A stretch of DNA of 62,686 bases, counting the filler, from Chiloscyllium plagiosum (lineage: Eukaryota): NCBI RefSeq assembly GCF_004010195.1. It is 3 parts of one record of this genome, joined end to end, with 100 filler letters (N's around TTAATTAATTAA, not from the genome) between each part and the next. Parts side by side here need not be neighbours in the genome. Positions count along the whole stretch, not along the records: positions 17,391 to 45,865 come from NC_057713.1; 2 more parts are not named here. The stretch is one strand, 5' to 3'. The notes beneath the pieces were generated by a model. It searched no databases and was not told where the DNA came from. It worked only from the letters and a program-made list of their open reading frames with translations. Position 1 is the stretch's first letter, and the number at the start of each line of letters is the position of its first letter. The position numbers and the translations under genes are program-made. This document shows positions 24,768-37,986 of this stretch, piece after piece.

Positions 24768-26288
24768 ACTGTGTTGTGGCTTTAAGAAGTGTGTTTTGTC
24801 CTGGTTTCTGTCAGATAAAGATTGGGGATAGGGGAAGAGCAGTCTATGAGAAGATAAACAACTTCTGAGACCTTTTTTTAAAAAGGTTGGAACAATAGAA
24901 GCAGCCTGAGTGGGTGTAGTCAAGCTCTCACAAATCAAAGATTTTTAGTTAGCCTTCAGCAGTTGCTATTGTGGGCTTGAAGTGAAAGCTGAATTTCCCT
25001 CTCTGGATTACAGCCAAATGCTGGGAATTCTCTTCCTATACTGGAACAGTTAATTAGTAACAGTGTCATGAAGCTGCTCCTTTAAGAAGGTTAAGCAGTC
25101 CTTGTTTTTTCTTCAGAGAGGTTGTAAATGACAGACCCCAAAGAGTCTAGAGGTTGAAGGGTTTTAGGGCCATTTTGATAATAGCTAACAGATACAGCCT
25201 CATGCAGAAGGGTGTAAAGTTAAAAAAAAAACACTTCTACAGTGAAAGGGGAGTCGCCAATTCTCTCAGCTCAGCTTTTCTCTGGTTTGGAAATTTTTAG
25301 CAGTAATGTGGAAAAGCTGCTGGACCCAGAAGCAGGCCTAGGCTGGTACTCTCTCCGTGACTTCTTTCCTGTGCAATTCTGATCTCCTTCCTAAAATCAT
25401 GAGGGGCAAGGATAGAGTAAATAGACAAGGTCTTTTCCCTGGGTTGGGGGAGTCCAGAACTAGAGGGCATAGGTTTAGGGTGAGAGGGGAAATATAAAAA
25501 CGACCTAAGGGGCAACGTTTTCACGCAGAGGGTGGTGCATATGTGGAATGGGCTGCCAGAGGAAGTGGTGGAGGTTAGTACAATTACAACATTTAAAAGG
25601 CAGCTGAATCGGGAAACAAATAGGAAGAGTTTGGAGAGTTTGGGTGCTGGCAGGTGGGACTAGATTGGGTTGGGATATCTGGTCAGCATAGACGAGTTGG
25701 GCTGAATGGTCTGTTTCTGTGCTGTACATCTCTATGACTCTATGACTGTGTACAAACTTGTGTTTGATTTTTCCTTTTGTGCCAAGGGGCGTTTATGGAG
25801 ATTGTTGCAAGTATTTGGAACAGCATCATTAGTTGGGATAGTTTGTTGTTTTTTTCAGATAGGATAAGGTATTAGGTATTCTGTTTTCTGTTCTTTGTGC
25901 TTCATTCAGTATTCTGGTAAATAAATTCTGTTTTGTTTAAAACTAAGTAGTTTGACCAGCTGATTCTCTCCTGGAATACCCACTTTATACTTCCTTAAAA
26001 TAGCTTACAAAGTTAGGGTCAGGACTGCCTTCTTAAAATGTTTTAAGGGGTCAGGCCTGGTCCATAACAATAGTTACTGTATCCATTGTTCTGTTAAGTT
26101 ACGTTATTCTAAATTCTCCTTTCTTTGGTTGTATTTTAGCTGTAGTGTTTGAATGAGTTGTGTTTTGCTTAACTTTGAGTAGTTTGACCAGTCAAATTGC
26201 ATCTGGAAGACAGCACTTTACATTTGCCTTTAAAATAAGGAAATGTTATGATCTAGGCTACCTTCTTAAAATATTTTCAGGGAGTCTA
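24768..26288 (+). mobile_element. LTR family B copy, split by a family A solo LTR
   Basis: tggctttaagaagtg...ggaacaatagaagcagcctga...atttgcctttaaaataa segments match the reverse complement of 59811-60431. Confidence 0.65.
25064..26069 (+). mobile_element. Solo LTR family A, itself interrupted by a CR1 3' fragment (about 25393-25748)
   Basis: Begins tgtcatgaagctgctcctttaagaagg, ends ggcctggtccataaca. Flanks ACAG/ATAG (4-bp TSD, one mismatch). Confidence 0.78.
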
Positions 26289-26679
26289 CAACTGTGCATA
26301 CAGAGGGCATTGCTATACTGATATGGAACATTTCCTTCTGAATCCTTCTGCCAATAAGCTAGTCAGAAAAATTCAAGCTCAGGGAATAAAGGAGCGATGA
26401 CAACATTGATACAAAATAAACAATGTAGAGTTTGCTACTACAGTTGAGCAGCTTGAGTTATATGCAAATACAGCATTTTCTTTCTGCTGCAGCAAGTGTC
26501 CTTTGCAAAATGTTCTTCTGAAAGTTCCAAGATATATATCCAGTCAATGATATTTGAAATTAATTCTTCAGATAACATGTCTTTACTCTCTGCCCTTGTT
26601 CCTTGCTCTAACTGCATGATTCTTGTGTTTGGTGTCTCAGCAAATACAGATACCATGTGCAATCTATCCCTTAAAGTTC

Positions 26680-26882
26680 AGAAATTTCACAATTTACGGA
26701 TGTCCGACTTATAAATGCTCATACTTATGAACGTGGTTCTGTAATGGGTGAATTTGCAAACATTTCCTGTAATTATGAATGGCTGCTTTTTATTTTCCTG
26801 CATTGTTTTTGAACTTACAACCAAATTGGCTTGCGGATGGACTCAGGAATGAAACCTGTTTGCAACCCCAAGACTGCCTGTA
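26680..26882. mobile_element. Old Tigger-like non-autonomous DNA element remnant
   Basis: Ends ...ccaagactgcctg-TA; internal cgacttataa / acttatgaac motifs. Left TIR not recognisable. Confidence 0.4.
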
Positions 26883-27937
26883 TGTAAAGAGTAAGTGGCA
26901 TAGTTGGTAACTCAATTTAGAGTGAGTGTTTCTTCTTCTTTCTGTGCCTTGTTTTTGAAATATATGTTTTGTTTGTACTCATGCTAAGCACATACATGCA
27001 GGAGGACCTATGCTTGCTCCCAGTTAAGAAATGCTTTGATTTTATAATTGACATACTTGTTGCAAGTTCCTCAATAGCATCACGTTTATCTGTTTCAGTT
27101 GTCTTCTTTAGTCATACAGCCCAGAGATATCTGTGCTCCTCTAATTCTGGCCTTTTGTGTTTCCCCATCTTTTATTACACCAACCTTGGTGGCCATGCTT
27201 TCAGCTATCTTGGTCCATTGCTCTAAACTTCCCTCTCTAAATCATTTTGGTGATATGCCCAATCACAGAATGATTTTAGTACAGAAGGAAGCTATTTGCT
27301 GCTCTTTGCCTGTGCTGGCCCTCTGAAGGAAACATTTATCCTGTGCCACCCCCTTACCTTCTCACCAAAACTCTGTACATTCTTCTTTCTCAGGTAATAA
27401 ACAAAATCCCTGTTGAATGTTTTAATTGAACTTACCTCCATAACACTCTCCAGAAAATACATTCCAAGTCCTAACCACTCACTGACTACTTGGAATTCTG
27501 CACTAGACTTTTAACAGCTTATCATATTGCCACATTTTGTATCACTGCAAATACTAAAATGCTACCCTGAACATCAAGTGCCATGTCATTTATATTCATT
27601 TCAGGAAAGAACAGGGTTTCCATCATTGACCCTGGGAACTCCATTAAACGATAGCCTCCAGTTTAAACAAAAAAAAGTGATTCTTTGTTTCCTGTTGCTC
27701 AGCAAATTTTGCATCAATATTCTAACTGTCCATTTTATTTCATAAGTCCTAACTTTGCTATACTTATCTATTCACTCGGGGGAGCATGGGTAGTATTAGT
27801 TGGCCATCATTTATTCCCAGTCCCTAGTTCGGGATGGGGTTCCAGGATTTTGACAACAGTGAAGAAACTATGCTTTAGTTCCAAAACAGGATGGTGTGCG
27901 ATTTGGTTGGAAACTTGCAGGTTGCACCTCTGTATTT

Positions 27938-28992
27938 AGTCATAGAGATGTACAGCATGGACACAGACCCTTCGGTCCAACCCATCTATGCCGACCAGAT
28001 ATCCCAACCCAATCTAGTCCCACCTGCCAGCACCCGGACCATATCCCTCCAAACACTTCCTATTCATATTCCCATCCAAATATCTTTTAAATGTTGCAAT
28101 TGTACCAGCCTCCACCACTTCCTCTGGCAGCTCATTCCATACATGTACCACCCTCTGAATGAAAACATTGCTCCTTAGGTCCTAAACCTAACACAAGTTA
28201 GCCCTCTAGTTCTGGACTCCCCCACCCCAGGGAAAAGACCTTGTCTGTTTATCCTATCTATGCCCTTTATAATTTTGTAAACCTCTATAAGGTCACCCCT
28301 TAGCCTCTGATGCTCCAGGGAAAACAGCCCCAGCCTGGTCAGCTTTTCCCAATAGCTCAAATCCTCTAACCCTGGCAACATCCCTGTATATCCTTTCTGA
28401 ACCCTTTCAAGTTTCACAACATCTTTCCGATAGAAAGGAGACCAGCAGTGGCCTAATCAATGTCCTGTACGGCTGCAACATGACCTCCCAACTCCTGTAC
28501 TCAATGCTCTGACCAATAAAGGAAAGCATACCAAACGCCGCCTTCACTATCCTATCTACCTGCAACTCCACTTTCAAGGAGCTATGAACCTGCACTCCAA
28601 GGTCCCTTTGTTCAGCAACACTCTCTAGGACCTTACCATTAAGTGTATAAGTCCTACTAAGATTTGCTTTCCCAAAATGCAGCACTTCGCATTTATCTGA
28701 ATTAAACTCCATCTGCCACTTCTCAGCCCATTGGCCCATCTGATCAAGATCCTGTTGTAATCTGAAGCAACCTTCTTAGCTGTCCACTACACCTCCAATT
28801 TTGGTGTCATCTGCAAACTTACTAACTGTACCTCTTATGCTCGCATCCAAATCATTTACGTAAATGAAAAAAAATAGAGGACCCAGCACCGATCCTTGTG
28901 GCACTCCACTGGTCACAGGCCTCCAGTCTGAAAAACAACCCTCCACCAACACCCTCCGTCTTCTACCTTTGAGCCAGTTCTGTATCCAAATT
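27938..28992 (-). mobile_element. CR1 LINE RT-to-3'-end fragment
   Basis: ORFs give VTSGVPQGSVLGPLFFFIYVNDLD...SKFADDTKIGG, WAEKWQMEFNSDKCEVLHFG and LERVQK. Confidence 0.93.
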
Positions 28993-28999
28993 GAGGTCA

Positions 29000-29850
29000 T
29001 GGGTTTGGAATACGTGGTGGGTTTCTGCAGTGCATTTTCAGATGGTACACATTATAGCTCTGTGTGGAATTCGGAGATGCTGCAGAATTCTCAACCTCTA
29101 ACATACTCCTGAAGCAATATTGTTTATATAGCTCATCCAATTCAAGTTATGGTCAATGGTAAGCCCAGGATGTTCTTATGATCACTGTCAATTGGAAGTG
29201 CAAATATGGTATAAGTGCTACTTATCATTTTGCGCATGGATGATGTCCAGGTCTTGGTGTATGTGGTCAGGGACTGCTCCAGTATCTGAGTAGTCATGAA
29301 TAATGTTGGACATTGTGCAATAATCAGTGAACGTCTCCACTTCTGACCTGATGTTGTAAAGAACATCTTTGTTGAAGAAGCTGAAGCTGGTTGGATCTGG
29401 GATCTTAAAAACTCCTGCAGTATTGTCCTGGAACTGAAATGATTAGCATTCAACAATCATCTTAATTTCTGTTAGGTTTGACTCCAGCTGTGGTTAGTAA
29501 ATCTCATTGACTTCAAATTTGTTAATGCTCTTAGATGTCATACATAATCACATTCTGCCTTAATGTAAAGTTTAACTTACCTCTTGAGTTCAACTCCGTA
29601 TTTTGATCAAGACTATAGTGAGACCAAGAGTTGAGAGTTTCTGGGCAGTTTTCTATAATGTCAGGGAGGTGCCAGTATTGGAGCATCTTTTTCAGAGATG
29701 TAGCTAATTCTGGGGCACAGAGTTTCAGTATTCTTGCTGGAATATTGTCAGGGCCAATAGTCCTAGCAGCATCAAGTACTTTCAGCCCTTTCTTGCTATC
29801 ACACAGAGTGAATCATTTGATGAAGACTGGCACTGTGACACTGAGACCTT
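29000..29850 (-). mobile_element. Old CR1/L2-group LINE RT remnant
   Basis: Minus strand caggagtttttaagatcccagatccaaccagcttcagc...atcaggtcagaagtggagacgttcactgattattgcacaatg is a decayed GVPQ...FADD region. The same older family appears at about 44210-44770, 56790-57960 and 60530-60770. Confidence 0.55.
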
Positions 29851-30742
29851 AAGGAATACTAAGATATTATTTACCTGACACCTATTCATGTATCTTAACA
29901 TCCAATTTCATAGGAATATCTGTTATGAACACTTCTTAATTCAAGCCAGTATAATGTACTAGTTTGTAATCTCTATGTGTCCTCCAATTAAAACTTTCTT
30001 CATCAGAGTCCTTCTGTAAGACAAACAGTATCATTAGCTAGTGGCAGGGACTGATTTGCTCTTGTGTTTCTTGATATTTTTATTGATTTACTTCCTTTAT
30101 TTGAAATGTGAGGAAACAAAATACTTAGCATCCAGGGGTCTGATTTTCTTTATCAAAATTCAAAACTTAACTTTCATGACTGCCCTGAGTTACCTCTAAC
30201 TTTTCAGTTTATTGTAAGGAAACACATTCGCTTTGCACTATCGCTGCCTTTATTGCAACTACTTCCTTTCCTGATTTCCCTTTATTGAAGATTCATCGGA
30301 CATTCCTACTAATGCAATTGGTCTTCCATTTAACTTCCAACAGTGTCCAGTCTTGTTACATCATTTGGATCCAGTCTTTCTTCTTTGTTACTTTGATGCC
30401 CTTCTGTCTGTTCTCTAAGGTGAGTACCTCTTCCAGCCCTTTTCGCTCTAAGCTGCTTCATGGCCACCTTATGTTCTTTAACTTGGACACGTGGGAAGTC
30501 ATGCTTTTTAAATTCCATCTTCCTTTCCATTTCTCTCTGCATTTCTTTTCATCACTTTTTATCTTATTCCATTCTTCCTCCCTTACCATTTCAACTTTTC
30601 TTAATATTCTTAACCTTTTGTTTCAGGTTATGTCTCTCATCTCATTCAAATCTTTTCAGTCCCAACTGAATACTATCCAATGGCATCCCAATTTCAGGTT
30701 TTGACTATTCCAATGATAAGTGTTGGATAATCTAATTTTATG

Positions 30743-31246
30743 AAAACAGAAACAGAATTTTTTAGAGAAACTCAACAGATGTGGCAGCAGCAGGGCAGAG
30801 AAAACAGAGTTAAAGTTTTGAACCCTGTTACCATTCTTCACAACTAGAAGTGGATAGGAACTGTGGTTATTTAAGCTGATGATGGGGAAGTGGGAGGAAA
30901 AGTGAGAGAGCATATAGGTGGAGATAAAGCCCAGAGTGATACAGAGAAAAAAGTGGGCAGGGATCATAAATAGTAGGCCAGGGTAGAAGAGCAGTTGGTT
31001 GGGAGATAATGGGGACTATAAGTAGTTAAAAATGGCTTGGCCCATATCAAAAGCAACCTATTTCATGAGAGCACCTGGGGACAAGAAAGGGAATGTTCAT
31101 GCTGTAAAATTGGTAAAGTCAATGTTGCATCCTGAAGGCTAAGGTACCCAACCACAAAGTGAGGTGTTATTCTTCCAGTTTGCATTGAGCATCACTGGAG
31201 CACTGCAATAGACCTAAGACAGGAGTGTTGGCATGGGAACACAACA
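30743..31246 (-). mobile_element. Penelope-like (Neptune-type) element 3' remnant: GIY-YIG C-terminus + family B pseudo-LTR
   Basis: Minus strand LCSHANTPVLGLLQCSSDAQCKLEE*HLTLWLGTL/PSGCNIDFTNF (one frameshift), then a pyrimidine-rich 3' region ending in a decayed family B repeat at 30745-30845. Confidence 0.72.
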
Positions 31247-31488
31247 CCTTTTAACTCCCCACAGAGGCTACAATATGTACCATCTATAAAACACACTGCA
31301 GCAATTTAAACACACTACCTTTCAGAATTAGGTTTAATAATAAATCAAACTACTTACATATAATGTATAGATAAAGATTTCAAAACATGCAGTAAAAGTA
31401 TAATCCCATTAATCCCAAAAAGCATTCCTCTACAGATCCAAAAACATGTCTTCACACTTCTCGCACTAGAGAGAGTCACCGTCTCTAT

Positions 31489-31717
31489 TGTAGTGATTTT
31501 AATGAGGTCAGCCAGGTGGACCTCATAGAATATGAGTTCCCTGATTGGGTTTGTTAACCTGGTCCAATCAAGGAGCCCAAGCTAACAGATATAAACAGGT
31601 GTGTCAGACATCCTGTTCACTCTAACAGCTGGCTTTGAGGGAGTTGGATCAGGGACTCTCCACATATAAATAAAAGGTGACTTGGTGAGGGTTGCTGGCC
31701 TATGTGGAGTTATTTTA
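31489..31717 (+). mobile_element. Short Gypsy-like solo LTR (229 bp)
   Basis: Begins tgtagtg; contains CCAAT, TATAAA and AATAAA; ends gagttatttta (terminal CA decayed). Flanks tctat/tcaat (5-bp TSD, one mismatch). Confidence 0.6.
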
Positions 31718-33686
31718 TCAATCACCTCTCTAGGCTTTAACTGTGAGCTTTGGTCTGAAAAATCTGATAGTTTCTTCCTGGAGCTTTCAACCATGTGAAT
31801 TTAATCTTTATTGTCTTAAAACAACCCCTTTAGGGTTTTACCCAAACCTTTCTGATTTGGAACTATTACTAAACTCCTGACTCTGGCGTAATCCATTTTA
31901 TAGCAAATCTAAACCATCTTCTCCCTTTCCCAGGAGAAATTGCTTTACATATCCATCTTTAGATAAGAATCCTGCAGAACTGCTCCAACCTGAGACTAAA
32001 TCTGAAAGATTTCTCTTCAAGACATGGATGCTTCCCCTAAGCTTAAAAAAGTGTTGAAGCATCTATCAAAAAGCCTAATGCCCTGTACTGTTTGCTTTAT
32101 TTACTTGTAAACTCTCTCAATCCCACCAATGTAAAGAAAAACCTATTAGTTCTTTGAGACTAACTTTCCCAAAATGCTCTAACAGAAATCACTATCACAA
32201 AAACGTAAGTTAATCATTAAATCCATCCAGTTACACAGACAATCCCATATGCCACTTGTTGAAAATTTTAAAAATCTAGGCTCAAAAATAAATGAAAGTA
32301 AAATATATATAAATCTCGCACCCTATATCACATATAATATCCTTTATTTTATGTTCAATTCCTCTTGTATTAAAGGATATCATTCCAATTGCCTTCTTAA
32401 TTATGTGCTCTACTTACTTATTAATTTTGTTGCGAACTGTGCATGAAAACACCTCAATTACTCTGCACCTTGGGTTTCTGCAGTAAGGTTGGGAACTGGA
32501 TGTTCCATTACTGCTTACCTGCTTTTGAAAATGAATAAGCTGAGTCTGTTTGGTCAGGGTTCGGAAGATGTCTTCTAGCTCCAAAATTACATAATTGCCC
32601 TGAGGTTTGCAGGGTTTTGGAGAAATTTGTAATGTCCGCTTTAAGCATGGCTTTGCATCACTGAACACATGGCACAACTGAGCATGTCCACAGACCACTT
32701 ATTTGAAAATCTAAATGGCTAAGAGATCGTAAACTCTCCTGCTTACTTCAGCAGCCAGAGCACCGACTTGAAAATTGAATTTGGCAAACACCAATTGTGA
32801 AGGTATGCAAAGTACTCACAGATGTGCATCTGCTCTTTTTCATTTGCGAAACATTTAAGTGACTGCTGAAAATCACTATCAATTTTCCCACAGTGACCAG
32901 AAGCAATTTGTGGCCAACTTTGTATTGGGAACCAATGCTCATTAGGGGTTGCGACTGCTAAAACACAATGGCAGCTAAGCAAAGAAGCTTTTGTTAACAG
33001 ATCTATCTGATCCCCAAGGATGAGAGAAAAGTAATTACATCATTACATCAGCAGAATCACTTTAATTCAATAACAGGGTGGAAAATAGTTTGGAGTGGAC
33101 TTGACTGTTCTCACCTTTTCAGGTTGTATTTTCTATTGAAGGATACACACTAGAGTTTCGTGAGGAATGGTGCACTGCATTCTACATGGGTGAGATGGCA
33201 TTAAAACTTCTTATAACTATAATATAAGGTCTATAAGTCCCTAAAGCTGTTGCTATCCTCATAGTGACTGCTCGTGTGTACCATTGAATGTTATCCGTGT
33301 TGATGACATTCTGATTTCGATTTGATATGTGCTTGCATGTTTTTGACAAAATTCTGCTAAATTATTTTCCTGACCTCACTTCAATGTCTTTCTTTGACAT
33401 TTGTCTGCCATTGGGCTGGATTTGATGGTGGCAAGCCACCCCACCAGCCAACCATGTGAATGTGATGGTAATGTCGGATGGGCAACACACATCATGAAGT
33501 GTGTTTCCAAAAGGTAAGCAGATGGTAACATCTGAAGTTAGCAGCTTTTTAAAAATGACTAATCAATGACTTACCGAACTTATTAACAACGCAATTGTCT
33601 TTTCTTTGTTAACCACTGCCTATTTTGGATATTGGGCAAGAAAATGTTTGAGAGTGTTTTATGGCAGCTATGACAAAGCAGTACTT

Positions 33687-35035
33687 AAGAACATAAGAAC
33701 TAGGAACAGGAGTAGGCCATCTGGTACCTTGAGTCAACTCCGCCATTCAATAAGATCATGGCTGATCATTTTGTGGAGTCAGCTCCACTTACCTGCCCAC
33801 TCACCATAACCCTTAATTCCATTACTGTTCAAAAATTTATCTACCTTTGCCTTAAAAACATTCAATGAGGGAGCCTCAACTGCTTCAATGGGCAAGGAAT
33901 TCCACAGATTCACAACTCTTTTTTCACCATCTCAATAATAGATCATTTTGGTGTTATTCCTACCAAAATGGCTGACCTCGCATTTACTAACACTGTAATC
34001 CATCTGCTAGATCCTTGCTAGACTCGTGTAAAAGTCAAATTTTTTAGACTATTTTTAAATATTCAATTTATAGGAACAACTATTACACGTGCACTAGTTT
34101 TGAGGGGCTGAAATTCATGCTGCAGTTTGAAATACTGTATTATTAGCAGAAGTCGATTTGATCGTTCAACTAATCCCAGGTAAAGAAGAAAAACAATGAC
34201 TTATGGTAAAGGCAATTACCGGATAAAAGCAAGAGAAACACGAATGAATTATTGAAAGTAAATTAATACGTATTGGTATGAAAATGTAACATGTCAAAGA
34301 TTCATTGAAATCCTGAAAAATCACACTGTTCAACGTCACCATGGCCTGGTATAATGGCACATTTAAAATGAAACATATATTAAATTCTGAATGTGTAAAC
34401 GTCTTAACTTTCCCACCAAATGTTTCCACTTCCCTCCCATTTACTCTCGTATGTAATGAACCTCAGCAACATTAACAAATTTGTCAAAGAATTAAAGATA
34501 TATGTAGGTAATCAATCTCACTTTTATTCAGATACAATGGCACAATTAAAATGATTAATTTTTTAACGATATTAACTTTTGGATGCATTGAGAACGAAGT
34601 GTGGTCAGTACCGATAGACTTAGTACCGGTCTGGATGAATGAATGAATCAAAACATGCTGTATTAACCCAAGTGGGCTAAGTAGAGTTATTAATGAAAGG
34701 GGCCACAATATAGTAAACAAAGAGCGATGAGTAGAGTTACCAGTATGAATGAATGAATGCAATTTTGTTTATGTGGATTAATGAGAACATGCAGTTTCCC
34801 TTGTAAGAGGTTTATAATGTGATATAGTGGGATTGACTTTTGCCCAAGATATATGTAAAATACAAACCTTGTGGACCAAAAATAAGCGGTCGACTTTTGC
34901 ATGAGATTGACTTTTACACAAGTATATACGGAATAGCCCTCTGCAGCCTTTCAAAGTCCTCTGCACACTTTGCTTGACCACTCATCTTCATGACATCTGC
35001 GAATTTTGACACACTACACCTGGCCCCTAACTCCA
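33687..35035 (-). mobile_element. CR1 LINE fragment split by a DNA transposon
   Basis: 3' tail aagaacataagaact at 33687. RT sequence (minus strand aaaattcgcagat...aagatgagtgg) resumes at about 34936. Confidence 0.75.
34019..34931. mobile_element. Non-autonomous Tc2/pogo-like DNA transposon with terminal inverted repeats
   Basis: Left end actcgtgtaaaagtcaa; right end ttgacttttacacaagtatatacgg (reverse complement ccgtatatacttgtgtaaaagtcaa). Outermost left bases are lost. Confidence 0.7.
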
Positions 35036-35392
35036 GGACACAAGAAATGGCCTGTCTCCGGGACCGTGGTTAAGCATGGTGGCAGATTCTGCTAGTGAAG
35101 GCAGCAGCCTCTATGTTTATTTAACTCTTCTTTGTTGAAGGCCAAAAAAGATTGAAAATAAAATAAAAGACAATTTCAGAGAGCCAGGAGCCTATAAATT
35201 TGTAGCCATGACCGACTTCCTGCTTGTGACATAACCCTTGTGCTGCCTGATGTTCCAGATCAGACTCTGGATTGCGTCCAGAGCAACCATCATACTTCTA
35301 ATTGGTCTCCTCTTCACTGGACTGCAACAAAGTGGCCCATTAAACATTTGGTTTGATAAGCCGAGTGTGTATAAAATCCAGCCCATTTTGTT

Positions 35393-36058
35393 CAGAGTGG
35401 CTCAGTGGATAGCACTGCAGGCTCACAGAGCAAGGGACATGGGTTTGATAACAGCCTTGGATGACTGTCAGTGTAGTGTTTGTATATTCTCCCCATGTCT
35501 ACTTTAGTTTCCTCCTGGTACTGTGGTTTCCTCTCAGAGTCCGAAGATATGCAGATTAGGTGGATTGGCCATGGTAAATGGCCCATTAATGTCCAGGGAT
35601 ATGTTGGCTAGGTGGATTACTGTGAGAATTAGATTACCTGCAGGATGGAAACAGGGTCTTCGGCCCAACAAGTCCACACCGCCCCTTCGAAGAGTAACCC
35701 ACCCAGACCCATTCCCCTACCCTATATTTACCCCTATCACTACGGGCAATTTAGCTTGGCCAATTGACCTGACCTGCACATCTTTGGATTGTGGGAGGAA
35801 ACCAGAGCACCCGGAGGAAACCAACGCAGATTCAGGGAGAATGTGCAAATTCCACACAGACCTTTGCTCGAGGCGGGAATTGATCCTGGGTCCCTGGCGC
35901 TGTAAGGCAGCAGTGTTAGCTGCTGAGCCACCGTGCCACCTGTACAGGGTTGCAGGGATAGGGTGGGGGTGGGCTGGCTCTGTGTAGGATGCTCTTTGGA
36001 GTGTTGGTGTGGACCCAATGGGCAGAATGACCTCTTTCTACGCTGTGGGGATTCTGTG
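35393..36058. mobile_element. Nested HE1-type SINEs: older + copy interrupted by a - copy (about 35625-35940)
   Basis: The + SINE stops at ggtggattactgtg and resumes at tgtacagggttgcagggataggg; a complete reverse-oriented SINE lies between. Confidence 0.8.
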
Positions 36059-36457
36059 AGATGGTAAAATGGATATTAAAATGGAAGGCATCTTTCTTTC
36101 TTGGCAATTGTAATAATTTGTAATATTCAAAAATTTTCAAATTAAATTTGAAAAATACTTGAGTTATTATTGTCCAATAAAGTAATTAATCAGGAAGTCA
36201 AGTTTTTGATAATATTCTGAGATGGGGTATAATGCACAGTGAATACAGACAACAGTGAGGAGGTGCAAGTGGAGGTCCAGATCGGGCAGGAGAGTTGATA
36301 TGCAGAAATACCTCCAATTTTGATGCCAGAGGATGGCCTTTTGTGTTGCTTCTTGGAGCAGAAACAAGGCAAGAGACGCCAAAAGTTAGGCCCTGATGGT
36401 GGGATGACTGTTTACAATTAAACTCTCGGAATATGAAAGGTGATTAACCTTCAGTAA

Positions 36458-36756
36458 GTGGCATGGTGGCTCAGTAGTTAGCACTGCTGCCTCACAGCGT
36501 CAGGGACCCAGGTTTGATCTTAGTCTTGGATGACTGTCTGTGTGGAGTTTGCACATTCTCCCCATGTCTGCATGGGTTTCCTCCCACAAAGATGTACAGG
36601 CCAGGTGAATTAGCTATGCTAAATTGCCCATAGTGTTAGGTGCATTAGTCACGGGTAAATATAGGATGGGAGTCTGGGTGGGTTACTCTTTGGAGGGTCG
36701 GTGTGAACTTGTTGGGCTGAAGGGCCTGTTTCCATGTTGTAGGGAATCTAATCTAA
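36458..36756 (+). mobile_element. HE1-type SINE
   Basis: tggtggctcagtagttagcactgctgcctcacagcg head, V-domain and tail. Confidence 0.88.
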
Positions 36757-37986
36757 GTGTTGGGAAATCCTTTTGCATACATCTGCATCTTGTGCTTGCT
36801 CATTGAAAGGTCAGCTTGTCAAAATTAAGCTCTCCATCCCGATTAATATCTCTGTGAGTGAACAGCATGTGCCTTTCTTTTCTTCACAGTATACAGGATC
36901 TGTGCAGCAGGGGAGGTAATGTACTTACCAGAATTTGGAGTGGAGCCACAGCTTTGTCTTCTTTGAGAATTGTTTACGTGTGTCATGCCATAATTGACTG
37001 AGTTGCTGTAGTGCAAGCTCGGGGCTCGGAGGATGACCAAGGGAGGGAGACTGGAGTATACAGCACATGTTGCCCAAGGGTAGAACTCTGTATGACCAAA
37101 GGAGATAGTGACCAGGCAAGGGTGGAGGGGAGAGAATGCTTAGCTGCAGGAGACCTAGAGACTGAGTGACTGTTTATCCAGCTACCGTTTCAATAGGATG
37201 GCAGGACTTTATGCCCTGTGGTGTAAAGATGGGGTATCCTGCTCATTTCAATGCAAGATTTACCCAGTGCTTGTATACGTGATAACTGAGAACCGATATC
37301 CAGTGAAAGAAGCCCTGAGAAGCAGAGACGTTTGTTTCCATGCCTGACATGCAACTTGTCATCATGATTGAAGATTCTGCCAAGTCTTTGTTCAGTCCTT
37401 TTCTACTGCCTACTGAACAGGACTCTGCCTGATTCTCTTGCGTTATAGTCTGTTTCAGGGGTGGATTATCAATCAGGTTTTCGGGCCCGATAATGATTTA
37501 CTTTATTTCACAGCACCATATCAAGCACTAACTTTTTTTGGATTGACAATCCAGCCTAGATGTATGTCATTTACCTGTTATTATAAATAATGCATGTACC
37601 TCATCTTTTCTTTATTACGTTTTACTCAGTTCTCCCTGACTGCTTTGTCCTACCTGGTCACATTTCATTTTCAGCCTCAAAGTATTCCCAAATGTTGCAT
37701 CATTTGTGTCTATTTCATTGTCTGATGGTTATTCCTAAAGGCTATTCATAATATCTGCCAACAATCTCCTTATATTGGCCATTCGGTTCAGCTCTTCTCA
37801 TTCCTTACAAAACTGTTGTACCATGGTCTCCACTAAAGTCACCTCTAGTCTGCATCCACACATTGATGCACTCACATAATTCATGCTGCTTACTCACTTG
37901 CTGGGCCACTTCCCCACCTGCATCAACAGTAACAGCTGTGCTACTCACTTCCATCACCATTAGTACCTGCCTGTCTCTCATTCCAG

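Noticed and set aside
36929..37050. Minus-strand open frames ending at a strong GTAAGT donor
   Set aside because: No recognisable protein similarity and no partner exons found.
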